Part shown: positions 39,177 to 47,510 of the stretch, one piece after another | Numbering within the stretch: the stretch's first letter is position 1 | Layout: the number at the start of each line of letters is the position of its first letter | Source of the DNA: Bifidobacteriaceae bacterium | Lineage (GTDB): Bacteria; Actinomycetota; Actinomycetes; Actinomycetales; WQXJ01 | DNA length: 64,000 nt | Direction: 5' to 3' | Assembly (NCBI GenBank): GCA_031268215.1 | Contig: JAIRXP010000027.1 | Location: 15,529-79,528 of the forward strand | Program-made: the position numbers and the translations under genes | Notes under the pieces: model-generated | The model's input: only the letters and a program-made list of their open reading frames with translations | Database searches by the model: none | Told to the model about the DNA's origin: nothing

Positions 39177-40351
39177 GCGATTCCGTCTTGCCCCATGTGG
39201 CTTTCGCCCGTCAGGTCCTTGACGATTTCCCCCCGGGCCTGCCATACCCCTTTGTCCGCCGGGCCCAGATCGCGGCCCTGCCAACGGTGCCGCAGCAGAA
39301 CACGATTGAGGCGCCTACCTTCCTGATGGATATGGGCTTACGGCGCTGGCGTGACCCGCAGCTACTGTTCAACGGCACATTGGCGAAGCAGCCATTGTTG
39401 AAGCGGGGTTGGGAACTGCTGGCGGAAACCCAGTCCGAGGCGCTGGTCTTGCAGGCTCGCGCGTGGGAGGCAGACCAGCGCTCCAGCCCCCAGATCAGCG
39501 CCGACCTGGAAACGCTTACGCTCCTGACCGGGGATGACTCCGCCGCCTCGGCCTTCGCGCAGCTTCTCGATTCGGCGGTGCGGCCGTTTGACACCCCGCG
39601 TTTGGCCACGTCCGTGGCGACCATCGTCTCGCTGACTGACCCGAGGCGGTCCTATGAGTTGTTCCAGCGAGCCGCTGCTGTCACCTCAGATCCGGTGTCC
39701 CGGTTCCTGGTTGACTTGCGGATCGTGGCTTTGCTGATCAAGCGGCTCCACGACTATGACGCCGCTTTGACGCTGATCAAAGACTTGACCAGAGTGGCTG
39801 GTTCGGCCGCTCGCCACCATGTAGTGGCGGAGGCGGACGCCGAGGCGATGCAAGTGTTGTTACTCAATCTGCGGGCACTGATCGAGATTCGGCAAGACCG
39901 CCTGTTTGAGTCGGTTACCACCATGGAGCGGGCCCAGTCGCAGATGCCGGATGACGGGTTCGTCATGATCCCGGCTGACATGGCGGACCGCTACCGGGCT
40001 CAGGTCAGAATCAACGTGACGCAGGCTCTGTGGGTGGCCGGACGCCAGTCGGAAGCGATCACCCAAATCAACCGGCACGCCACGATCACTCGCAGCGAAC
40101 ACCCATACTCTTTGTCGGAGGCGCTGCTCGTGGCTGCGTATTTCAACGAGTTGGCGGGTGAACACCCGCTGGCGTTGTCGTATTGTTTGGAGTCGGAACG
40201 TCTTTTGATGAGGGAGGGCGCTCCAACCCGCCTGGCCATGTGTCGACGGGTGGCCGTCTCGGCCTTAATGGGGATGGGCAAACGTGGACGGGCTGAAAAG
40301 CTCGCCCGCTCCATCCCCAAAGACTTATTAGGGGAGAGGTTTCTTGTCTGA
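39173..40351 (+). CDS. All-alpha, TPR-like repeat protein; hypothetical (possible regulator partner)
   Basis: ~390 aa of helical-repeat-like sequence with no enzyme motifs recognised. It overlaps the downstream LuxR-type gene by 8 nt. The ORF-track start at 39104 is an alternative. Confidence 0.6.
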   Translation: MSDSVLPHVAFARQVLDDFPPGLPYPFVRRAQIAALPTVPQQNTIEAPTFLMDMGLRRWRDPQLLFNGTLAKQPLLKRGWELLAETQSEALVLQARAWEADQRSSPQISADLETLTLLTGDDSAASAFAQLLDSAVRPFDTPRLATSVATIVSLTDPRRSYELFQRAAAVTSDPVSRFLVDLRIVALLIKRLHDYDAALTLIKDLTRVAGSAARHHVVAEADAEAMQVLLLNLRALIEIRQDRLFESVTTMERAQSQMPDDGFVMIPADMADRYRAQVRINVTQALWVAGRQSEAITQINRHATITRSEHPYSLSEALLVAAYFNELAGEHPLALSYCLESERLLMREGAPTRLAMCRRVAVSALMGMGKRGRAEKLARSIPKDLLGERFLV

Positions 40352-41264
40352 ACCGGAAGATGGCAAAGAGGAGCGGGTAGATCCTCGGACAATGCCACAC
40401 GCCGTCATACATCAGGGCATACCGGCCGAGAGGCTGCGTCCCGCGACGGGCTCTGGTCCGGTCACGGCCTATCCAAGGTCAGGTCAGTACCCCAGGTCTG
40501 GCCAATATCCCAGGACCGGTCAGTATCCCCGCACTGGCCAGTACCCGCCGACCGGGGAGGTGCCACGGCGCCTGATCCGCACCGGGCCACCATATTCGCC
40601 GAACGATGCCGCGCCGGTCAGCGGGGCGATCCGCCGGACTGCCCGGGTGGCGATAGTCGACCCGGAGACGCTGTTCCGGACCATGGTGGTGGAGGCGCTC
40701 TCCGAGGCGCCAGACCTGAAGGTGGTGGCGTCGCTGGATACAGTCACCAAGGCTCGTGAGGTCCTGCCCGGCCGGGTCGATCTGTTGATCGTGGACGTGG
40801 AGCAACGCGACGGTTCGGGGGCGGTCTTGGCGGCCGAATTGCAGCGGATGGATCCGCGCCTGCGGGTCTTGATTATGACCCGTCATGACGTGACTTCTTT
40901 GATCGCGTCTTCCAAGCGCCACCTGCGGCGGCCTTGGGCGTATGTGTCAAAACTGAGCGACATTGGCCGTGAGGGCCTGATTAGCGTGGTTCGGCGAGCG
41001 GCCATGGATGTGCCCTCATCCAACCCGCCAACGACTGACCGCCGTGATCCCTTCGCGGAACTGACCGGCCAGCAAATGGCCGTCCTGCGACTGATCGCGG
41101 ACGGCTACACCAACCAGCAGGTGGCGGAACAACTGGGCCTGTCACGCCGAACCGTAGAGAACCATCTCTTGGCTATCTACCGGGGGCTCGGCATAGCCGA
41201 TGAAGAGGTCAACCCGAGGGTAGCGGCAGCTCTATTGCTGTTGTCCAAGACCCTGAAACTGTGA
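40344..41264 (+). CDS. NarL/LuxR-family response-regulator-like protein with repeat-containing N-terminal extension
   Basis: The receiver-like region has RVAIVDPE, DLLIVDVEQRDGSG, VLIMTRHD and AYVSK. The C-terminal LuxR HTH reads LTGQQMAVLRLIADGYTNQQVAEQLGLSRRTVENHLLAIYRGLGI. The start is uncertain (40344 TTG or 40392 ATG). Confidence 0.82.
   Translation: MSEPEDGKEERVDPRTMPHAVIHQGIPAERLRPATGSGPVTAYPRSGQYPRSGQYPRTGQYPRTGQYPPTGEVPRRLIRTGPPYSPNDAAPVSGAIRRTARVAIVDPETLFRTMVVEALSEAPDLKVVASLDTVTKAREVLPGRVDLLIVDVEQRDGSGAVLAAELQRMDPRLRVLIMTRHDVTSLIASSKRHLRRPWAYVSKLSDIGREGLISVVRRAAMDVPSSNPPTTDRRDPFAELTGQQMAVLRLIADGYTNQQVAEQLGLSRRTVENHLLAIYRGLGIADEEVNPRVAAALLLLSKTLKL
40470..40559 (+). repeat. Five tandem 18-bp units encoding YP(R/P)(S/T)G(Q/E) hexapeptides
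   Basis: YPRSGQ YPRSGQ YPRTGQ YPRTGQ YPPTGE, read directly. The repeat is imperfect at the DNA level. Confidence 0.9.
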
Positions 41265-42154
41265 CCGGCGGGGCCGGCCGGTATGCGCCATCGCCGGCGG
41301 GCGATCTCCATTTGGGGAATCTCCGTACCGCTGTGGTGGCTTACCTGGCGGCCCGTCATGACGGCCTGGCCTTCCGTTTACGTGTCGAAGACCTGGATGA
41401 CCGGTCCCGGCGGCGGTTCGCGGAGCGCCAGCTAGCGGATCTGGCCGTGCTGGGGATCGTCTGGGATGGCCCGGTAATGTGGCAGTCCGCCCGGAGGGAG
41501 GCCTACGATGCCGCCGTGGCCAGTTTGGCGGAACAGGGCCTGACCTATGAGTGCTTCTGTTCGCGCCGTGACATTCTGGACGCTCCGCGGGCGCCTCACC
41601 GCCCGCCCGGCGCGTATCCAGGCACTTGCCGTGACCTTAGCGCCGGTGAACGCGACGGCCGCCGTGCCACGAAGGCCCCGGCGATCCGCTTGCGGGCCCA
41701 GGTGGATGGCTTCGCGGTCACAGACCGGCTGGCCGGAACATGCCTCCAGCCAGTCGATGATTTCATCTTGCGGCGGGCGGATGGGGTCAGCGCCTACAAC
41801 CTGGCGGTGGTGCTGGATGATTCAGCCCAAGGCGTCACCCAAGTGACGCGCGGTGACGATCTGTTGGCCTCTGCCGGCCGGCAGAGCTACCTGGCGTCAT
41901 TGCTCGGTCTTGATCAGGTGGCCTACTGCCACATCCCGCTGGTCTATAACACCGCTGGCCAACGATTGTCGAAACGCGACGGCGCCTTGGCCGGACCGGA
42001 ACTGGTGAAGCGCTACGGTTCAATACCGGGTTTAGTCGCCGCCATTGGCCAATCCATCGGTTTGGCGGACCAGCGGGAGACAACCCTGGACCTGGACGAA
42101 TTGTCACGGCGTTTTGACTGGAACGAACTGAAGATTGGAGCCTGGAGGGTATGA
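41261..42154 (+). CDS. gluQ: Glutamyl-Q tRNA(Asp) synthetase
   Basis: A ~297-aa truncated GluRS catalytic domain with RYAPSPAGDLHLGNLRTA (HIGH-like) and RLSKRDG (KMSKS-like). GTGA overlap with the LuxR-type gene. Confidence 0.85.
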   Translation: MTGGAGRYAPSPAGDLHLGNLRTAVVAYLAARHDGLAFRLRVEDLDDRSRRRFAERQLADLAVLGIVWDGPVMWQSARREAYDAAVASLAEQGLTYECFCSRRDILDAPRAPHRPPGAYPGTCRDLSAGERDGRRATKAPAIRLRAQVDGFAVTDRLAGTCLQPVDDFILRRADGVSAYNLAVVLDDSAQGVTQVTRGDDLLASAGRQSYLASLLGLDQVAYCHIPLVYNTAGQRLSKRDGALAGPELVKRYGSIPGLVAAIGQSIGLADQRETTLDLDELSRRFDWNELKIGAWRV

Positions 42155-43926
42155 GGCGACGCATCTTGGCGTGGTGCCTGTACGGCCTGCTGCTGGCCGT
42201 GCCGGCCCTTCTTGTGGGCTTGACGACAGCCCGGACTGAGTATTCTTTCGGACCGCATGAAGCGGTCTATGAGGTGACCGTTGATTCCAGCCTGACGGTC
42301 GACTTGGGCCCATTGGGTTCGGCCGTGGTGCCGAGCCCCTTGCCTGGTCCGCTCGGCTTCATTGGCGGCCGGGTGGAGGTAGGCGTGATTCCGGCCGACT
42401 TGACGACTACCCAGATCACGATTGGTTCGCTGGTCCAAGACTTAGCGGATTATGGACAGGCGTACATGGGGATCGACAAAACCTTACGGCAGGCGGTCGA
42501 AAACCTGATCAAAGACGGCCTGATCCGGGCTGGAATCATTTGGGCGTTGGCCCTAATCCTGACCGTGGCCGTGATGACGTTGATGGGCCGCTCGCGGCGT
42601 ACCCAGATCGAAATGTGGAGCGGGCGCCACCGGCGCTTGGTGGCGGGGTTGACCGTCGGGGCCATGGCCCTTGGCTTGGTGGGCGCCGGCGGCGTGGTCG
42701 CCAGCGCGCGGGCTCGGCCGGAGCCCGCACCGGAACCATTGCTGGAAGGCACGCCGTTGGCCGGCGCCCATCTGACGGGCCGGTTGGGCCAACTGCTGGG
42801 GCAGTATGGGCGGGTGGCCGTGGATGCTTATGAGGCCGATGCCGCCTTCTACCGGGACGCCTCCGCTAACGTTGAGAAGGCCTTCGCCGCCCAGGCCAAA
42901 GACGCGGCGGAGCGGGCGGCCGCCGGCCGCCAAGACCAAGAGTCACCGGCCGGGGTGGGGGCCGCAGGGGCCGCTAGCCCGGCCAAGCCGGGCACAGCCG
43001 GGGTTCCCAGCCAATCCGGAGCGGCTGGTGCCGAGCCGTCCGCCGGATATGGGACCCCCAGCGTGGGTGAGGGATCCGGTCCAAGCGAGGAGCCGGTACC
43101 CTCCGCGCCTGATTCGCCGTCAGCCGTGCCGCCATGGGAAGAGGGCGATGGCCCCTATGGCGATCTTATGCCGGTGCTGTTCTTCTCCGACTTGCATTGC
43201 AATATTGGCATGGCTCAAGTGATGGGCGCCGCAGCGCGCGGCCTGGACACCCGGCTGGTGTTGGACGGCGGCGACAGCACCATGGACGGCACGGCCGTGG
43301 AACGCTATTGCATTGACCAGATTTCGGCTTCAATTCCGGATAAGGCGGCCTGGGTGGTGTCGCCAGGCAACCATGACACGCGTGAAACTGCCAAACAGGA
43401 ACGGTCCGCCGGGGCGCGAGTCTTGGATGGGAAAGTCCTAAGCGTGGCTGGCCTGCGGATTCTGGGGGACGCCGATCCAGCCCACACTGAAGCTGGCCAA
43501 GGGACCAGCCTGGTGGGCGAGGAAAACATGTCTGGCGTGGCCAAACGCCTGGCAGAAACCGCTTGCGCCAACAGTCCGGTGGATCTGTTACTGGTCCACG
43601 AACCGGCCCTGGCCGAGGCCGCACTGAACAGTGGCTGTGTGCCAGCGGCGATCACGGGACACACCCACGCCAGGGCCAACCCGAAAGCCAAGGGCGAGGG
43701 AATTCTCTACACTCAGGCCTCGACCGGCCGGGATAACTCCAACACCACCACGCTGGGGCCGCTGGCCAACCCGGCGGAGTTGACGGTCTTGTTGTTTGAC
43801 TCAGATGGCCGGATCGTGGCCTGGCAGCTACTGACAGTCCGGCCGGATGCCTCCGCCGAACTATCAGCTATCAAGGCCTGGCCGGAACCGCCGGAGCGAT
43901 CAGGAATGGAAGACAAGAAAGACTAA
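42151..43926 (+). CDS. Membrane-anchored metallophosphoesterase
   Basis: N-terminal TM segments, an Ala/Pro/Gly-rich linker, and the calcineurin-like motifs FFSDLHCN, GGDSTMDGT, PGNHD and GHTH. ATGA overlap with gluQ. Confidence 0.82.
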   Translation: MRRRILAWCLYGLLLAVPALLVGLTTARTEYSFGPHEAVYEVTVDSSLTVDLGPLGSAVVPSPLPGPLGFIGGRVEVGVIPADLTTTQITIGSLVQDLADYGQAYMGIDKTLRQAVENLIKDGLIRAGIIWALALILTVAVMTLMGRSRRTQIEMWSGRHRRLVAGLTVGAMALGLVGAGGVVASARARPEPAPEPLLEGTPLAGAHLTGRLGQLLGQYGRVAVDAYEADAAFYRDASANVEKAFAAQAKDAAERAAAGRQDQESPAGVGAAGAASPAKPGTAGVPSQSGAAGAEPSAGYGTPSVGEGSGPSEEPVPSAPDSPSAVPPWEEGDGPYGDLMPVLFFSDLHCNIGMAQVMGAAARGLDTRLVLDGGDSTMDGTAVERYCIDQISASIPDKAAWVVSPGNHDTRETAKQERSAGARVLDGKVLSVAGLRILGDADPAHTEAGQGTSLVGEENMSGVAKRLAETACANSPVDLLLVHEPALAEAALNSGCVPAAITGHTHARANPKAKGEGILYTQASTGRDNSNTTTLGPLANPAELTVLLFDSDGRIVAWQLLTVRPDASAELSAIKAWPEPPERSGMEDKKD

Positions 43927-43962
43927 AGCTCCGGTTCCAAAGACGGGCTTACGAACCGAGTA

Positions 43963-44403
43963 TCAGGGCTCGATCTGTGAACGCAGCATCCAGGCAGCCT
44001 TGTCCAGACCGGCCACGATCCCAATGAGCAAGTCTTGGGAAGGCAGGTCGTCGTCGAGTTCCGGCAGGGCTGTTTCGATCCGCCGGGCGGCATCGGAGAT
44101 ACGCGCAGAGAACTCTTCGACGACTACTGGAGCGGCGATTGGCCCAGGCTCAACCGAAGGCACCTGGCTGGTAGCGGCCACCGTGTCAGCCCTCCCGTCG
44201 GGACTGCCACCAACGGCGGCGAGCCGTTCGGCGACATCGTCGGAATTGATACGGACCTGGTCGATCACCTCATCCAACTCAAGGTGAACGGAACGGAAGT
44301 TGGAGCCACGGACGTTCCAATGAGCCTGCTTGGCCAGGAGCGACAAGTCGATCAGATCGACTAGGGCGGCCTGCAAGACTGGATTTGTTCGATAGGCGGG
44401 CAT
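43963..44403 (-). CDS. dps: Dps-family DNA-protection/ferritin-like protein
   Basis: LLAKQAHWNVRGSNFRSVHLELDE and the ferroxidase-centre context. Confidence 0.92.
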   Translation of the reverse strand: MPAYRTNPVLQAALVDLIDLSLLAKQAHWNVRGSNFRSVHLELDEVIDQVRINSDDVAERLAAVGGSPDGRADTVAATSQVPSVEPGPIAAPVVVEEFSARISDAARRIETALPELDDDLPSQDLLIGIVAGLDKAAWMLRSQIEP

Positions 44404-44495
44404 GGGTTCCTCCTGAAGGATTAGGCTGCGGTCTGGCTAGACCGCCGTCCCAAACCTAGCGCTGGATGGGCCGCGCGGGCTTGTAACCTAGAGCG

Positions 44496-47402
44496 GTGTC
44501 TGAATCTCGAATGTCGGCTGGGGATGAACCTGCCTTCCGTTATACCGCTGCCTTGGCGGACCAGATCGAAACTAAATGGCAGGACGAATGGGAACGGCGC
44601 GGTACCTTTTGGGCCGCCAACCCCAAGGGCCCGTTGACGGATGCTGAGGGCGACCACGCCGATCCGGCCCGGCCCAAGTTCTTCGTCATGGACATGTTCC
44701 CGTACCCCTCAGGCAAGGGACTCCATGTTGGGCACCCACTGGGATACATCGCTACAGATGTGGTTGGCCGTTACCGGCGCATGCTGGGAGATAACGTGCT
44801 GCACGCCTTTGGCTATGACGCCTTTGGCCTGCCGGCCGAACAGTACGCCTTGCAGACTGGCCAGCATCCACGGCTGACCACCGAGGACAACATCACCACC
44901 ATGCGGGCACAGATCCGGCGGCTGGGCCTGGCCCATGATGAGCGGCGGTCCTTCGCCACGACCGATGAAACCTATGTGCGCTGGACCCAATGGATCTTCT
45001 TACAGATGTTCAACTCCTGGTATGACCCGGAGGCACCCCGGCGGGACGGCGGGCAGGGCGCCGCCCGGCCAATCGCGGAATTGGAGGAGGCGTTCGCTGC
45101 CGGCCGTCAAGACGTGCCTGGCGGCGGCGACTGGAACGCCATGCACGCCGCCGCCCGGCGCCGAGTGCTCAACCAGTTCCGTCTGGCCTACATCACTGAC
45201 GCGCCAGTCAATTGGGCGCCGGGTCTGGGAACGGTCCTGGCGAACGAGGAAGTGACGGCCGATGGTCGCTCTGAGAGAGGCAATTTCCCGGTCTTTACGA
45301 AGGCGTTGCGTCAATGGAACATGAGGATCACCGCCTACGCCGGAAGGCTGGCGGAGGATCTCGATTCGGTTGATTGGCCGCAGAAGGTCGTGGCCATGCA
45401 ACGCAACTGGATTGGGCGTTCGGGGGGCGCCGCCGTCACCTTTAAGGTCGCCGCCCCTGGGATGGCAGCGACAACGGATGGGCCAGTGATTGAGGTTTTC
45501 ACCACTCGTCCGGACACGCTCTTTGGGGCCACTTTCATGGTCGTGTCGCCGGAGCACCCTTTGTTGGCTCAGGCGCTGCCGGAAGACTGGCCCGAAGGCA
45601 CAAAGGAGGCCTGGACTGGAGGTTACCCGGCGCCATCGGCGGCAGTAAGCGCTTACGCGACCCAGGCGGCCAAGAAGACCGCCGCTGAACGGGTGGCGGA
45701 AGGCCGGGAGAAGAGCGGCGTCTTCACCGGCCTGTTCGCCATAAACCCGGTCAACGATCAGGCCATCCCGGTATTCACGGCAGACTATGTGCTGATGGGA
45801 TACGGCACCGGCGCGATCATGGCGGTGCCGGCCGAGGACGAACGCGACTGGGAGTTCGCCAAAGCGTTCGACTTGCCGCACGTTCGCACGGTGGAACCGC
45901 CGGCGGATTGGGCGGGCGGCGCCTGGACCGGGGCCGGCCAGACGATCAATTCAGCCAATGCGACCGTGTCGCTGAACGGGCTGGATGTGCCGCGGGCCAA
46001 GGAAAGGATCATTGGCTGGCTGGCCGAGCGTGGCCTGGGCCGCGAAACTGTCAGCTACCGCCTGCGCGATTGGCTGTTCTCGCGGCAGCGCTATTGGGGA
46101 GAGCCGTTCCCGGTGGTCTACGGCGAAGATGACCAGCCGATCGCCTTGCCGGACGCCATGCTGCCGGTAGAGCTGCCGGAGGTGCCGGACTACCGGCCGC
46201 GTACCTTTGACCCAGAAGACGCCGATTCGGAACCGGAAACGCCGCTGGCGCGCAACCCGGAATGGGTCAACATCATTCTGGACCTGGGCGAAGGCCGCCA
46301 AAACTACCGGCGCGACACCAACACCATGCCCAACTGGGCCGGATCCTGCTGGTATTACCTGCGGTACCTGGACCCGGACGAATCGGGCCGGGTGGTGGAT
46401 CCGGATGAAGAAGACTACTGGATGGCGCCGCGAGTTCCTGGCGACCTGGCCGGCGGCGTCGATCTGTACGTGGGCGGCGTGGAACATGCCGTTTTGCACC
46501 TGCTGTACGCCCGCTTCTGGCACAAAGTTCTCTACGACCTGGGCTTTGTGTCTGGGACCGAGCCGTTTCACCGGCTGTTCAACCAGGGGTACATCCAGGC
46601 CTACGCCTACGTCGATCAGCGCGGGCAGTATGTGCCGGCGGACGAAGTGGTCGAGGATCCGCCGGGAGTGTTCACCTACACCGCCACCGGTGAAAGTGCC
46701 ACCCAGGAGTACGGCAAGATGGGCAAGTCGCTGAAGAACATAGTCACGCCGGACGACATGTACGCCAGCTACGGCGCGGACACCTTCCGGCTGTATGAGA
46801 TGTCGATGGGTCCGCTGGATGTGTCTCGTCCTTGGGAAACCCGTGCCGTGGTAGGCCAGCAGCGCTTCCTCCAGCGGTTGTGGCGCAACGTGATAGATGA
46901 GACCACCGGCGAGGTTCGTGTGTCAGACCAGCTACCGACGGAAGAGACCATCAAACTCACCCACCGGGTGGTCAATGAGGTCCGTCAAGAGATGGACGCG
47001 ATGCGGTTCAACACCGCGATCGCCCGGATGATGGTGCTCAACAATCACCTGACCTCGTTGGATGCACCTCCACGGGCGGCCATTGAGACACTCGTCAAAC
47101 TCTTAGCTCCGGTGGCGCCGCACGTCTGTGAGGAGTTGTGGCAGCGTCTTGGACACCCGGCTTCCTTAGCCCACGAGCCCTATCCCGAGGCGGATCCGGC
47201 CTATCTGGTGGAGGACACCGTCACGGCTGTGGTCCAAATCCAGGGCAAGGTGCGGGCGAGGCTGGAGGTTTCCGCCCAGATCAGTGTTGAGGACTTGGCC
47301 GCTAAGGCTCTAGCTGATCCCGCGGTGGTGGCCGCCTTGGACGGAAGGCCGGTCCGGCGTGTGGTGGCTCGTCCGCCTAAGCTCGTGAATTTGGTGGTTT
47401 GA
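44496..47402 (+). CDS. leuS: Leucine--tRNA ligase
   Basis: PYPSGKGLHVGHPLGY (HIGH), KMGKSLKN (KMSKS) and a CP1 editing-domain insertion; 968 aa. Confidence 0.97.
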   Translation: MSESRMSAGDEPAFRYTAALADQIETKWQDEWERRGTFWAANPKGPLTDAEGDHADPARPKFFVMDMFPYPSGKGLHVGHPLGYIATDVVGRYRRMLGDNVLHAFGYDAFGLPAEQYALQTGQHPRLTTEDNITTMRAQIRRLGLAHDERRSFATTDETYVRWTQWIFLQMFNSWYDPEAPRRDGGQGAARPIAELEEAFAAGRQDVPGGGDWNAMHAAARRRVLNQFRLAYITDAPVNWAPGLGTVLANEEVTADGRSERGNFPVFTKALRQWNMRITAYAGRLAEDLDSVDWPQKVVAMQRNWIGRSGGAAVTFKVAAPGMAATTDGPVIEVFTTRPDTLFGATFMVVSPEHPLLAQALPEDWPEGTKEAWTGGYPAPSAAVSAYATQAAKKTAAERVAEGREKSGVFTGLFAINPVNDQAIPVFTADYVLMGYGTGAIMAVPAEDERDWEFAKAFDLPHVRTVEPPADWAGGAWTGAGQTINSANATVSLNGLDVPRAKERIIGWLAERGLGRETVSYRLRDWLFSRQRYWGEPFPVVYGEDDQPIALPDAMLPVELPEVPDYRPRTFDPEDADSEPETPLARNPEWVNIILDLGEGRQNYRRDTNTMPNWAGSCWYYLRYLDPDESGRVVDPDEEDYWMAPRVPGDLAGGVDLYVGGVEHAVLHLLYARFWHKVLYDLGFVSGTEPFHRLFNQGYIQAYAYVDQRGQYVPADEVVEDPPGVFTYTATGESATQEYGKMGKSLKNIVTPDDMYASYGADTFRLYEMSMGPLDVSRPWETRAVVGQQRFLQRLWRNVIDETTGEVRVSDQLPTEETIKLTHRVVNEVRQEMDAMRFNTAIARMMVLNNHLTSLDAPPRAAIETLVKLLAPVAPHVCEELWQRLGHPASLAHEPYPEADPAYLVEDTVTAVVQIQGKVRARLEVSAQISVEDLAAKALADPAVVAALDGRPVRRVVARPPKLVNLVV

Positions 47403-47510
47403 GTGGCTGCTTCTGGCCGTTTGGCCGGTTTGGCCCGTTGGGGGGAGAGTTGGCGCGGTTGGCGCCGTTGGCGCCGTTGGGGACGCTGGTGCGCCAAAGC
47501 GGGGGCGGTC

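Noticed and set aside
38873-39196. A minus-strand 107-aa ORF (internal Met at 39082 gives a 69-aa Cys-containing peptide) upstream of the GNAT gene.
   Set aside because: It has no ribosome-binding site and mediocre GC3, and it occupies the divergent promoter region shared with the TPR-like gene. It competes with the plus-strand 31-codon ORF. It is kept only as a remote possibility.
44404-44495. A T-box or other leader upstream of leuS; small palindrome GCGGTCT-ggct-AGACCGC at 44428-44445.
   Set aside because: The gap is only 92 nt, far too short for a T-box, and has no specifier or T-box sequence. The palindrome may be a dps or leuS operator, but there is no further support.
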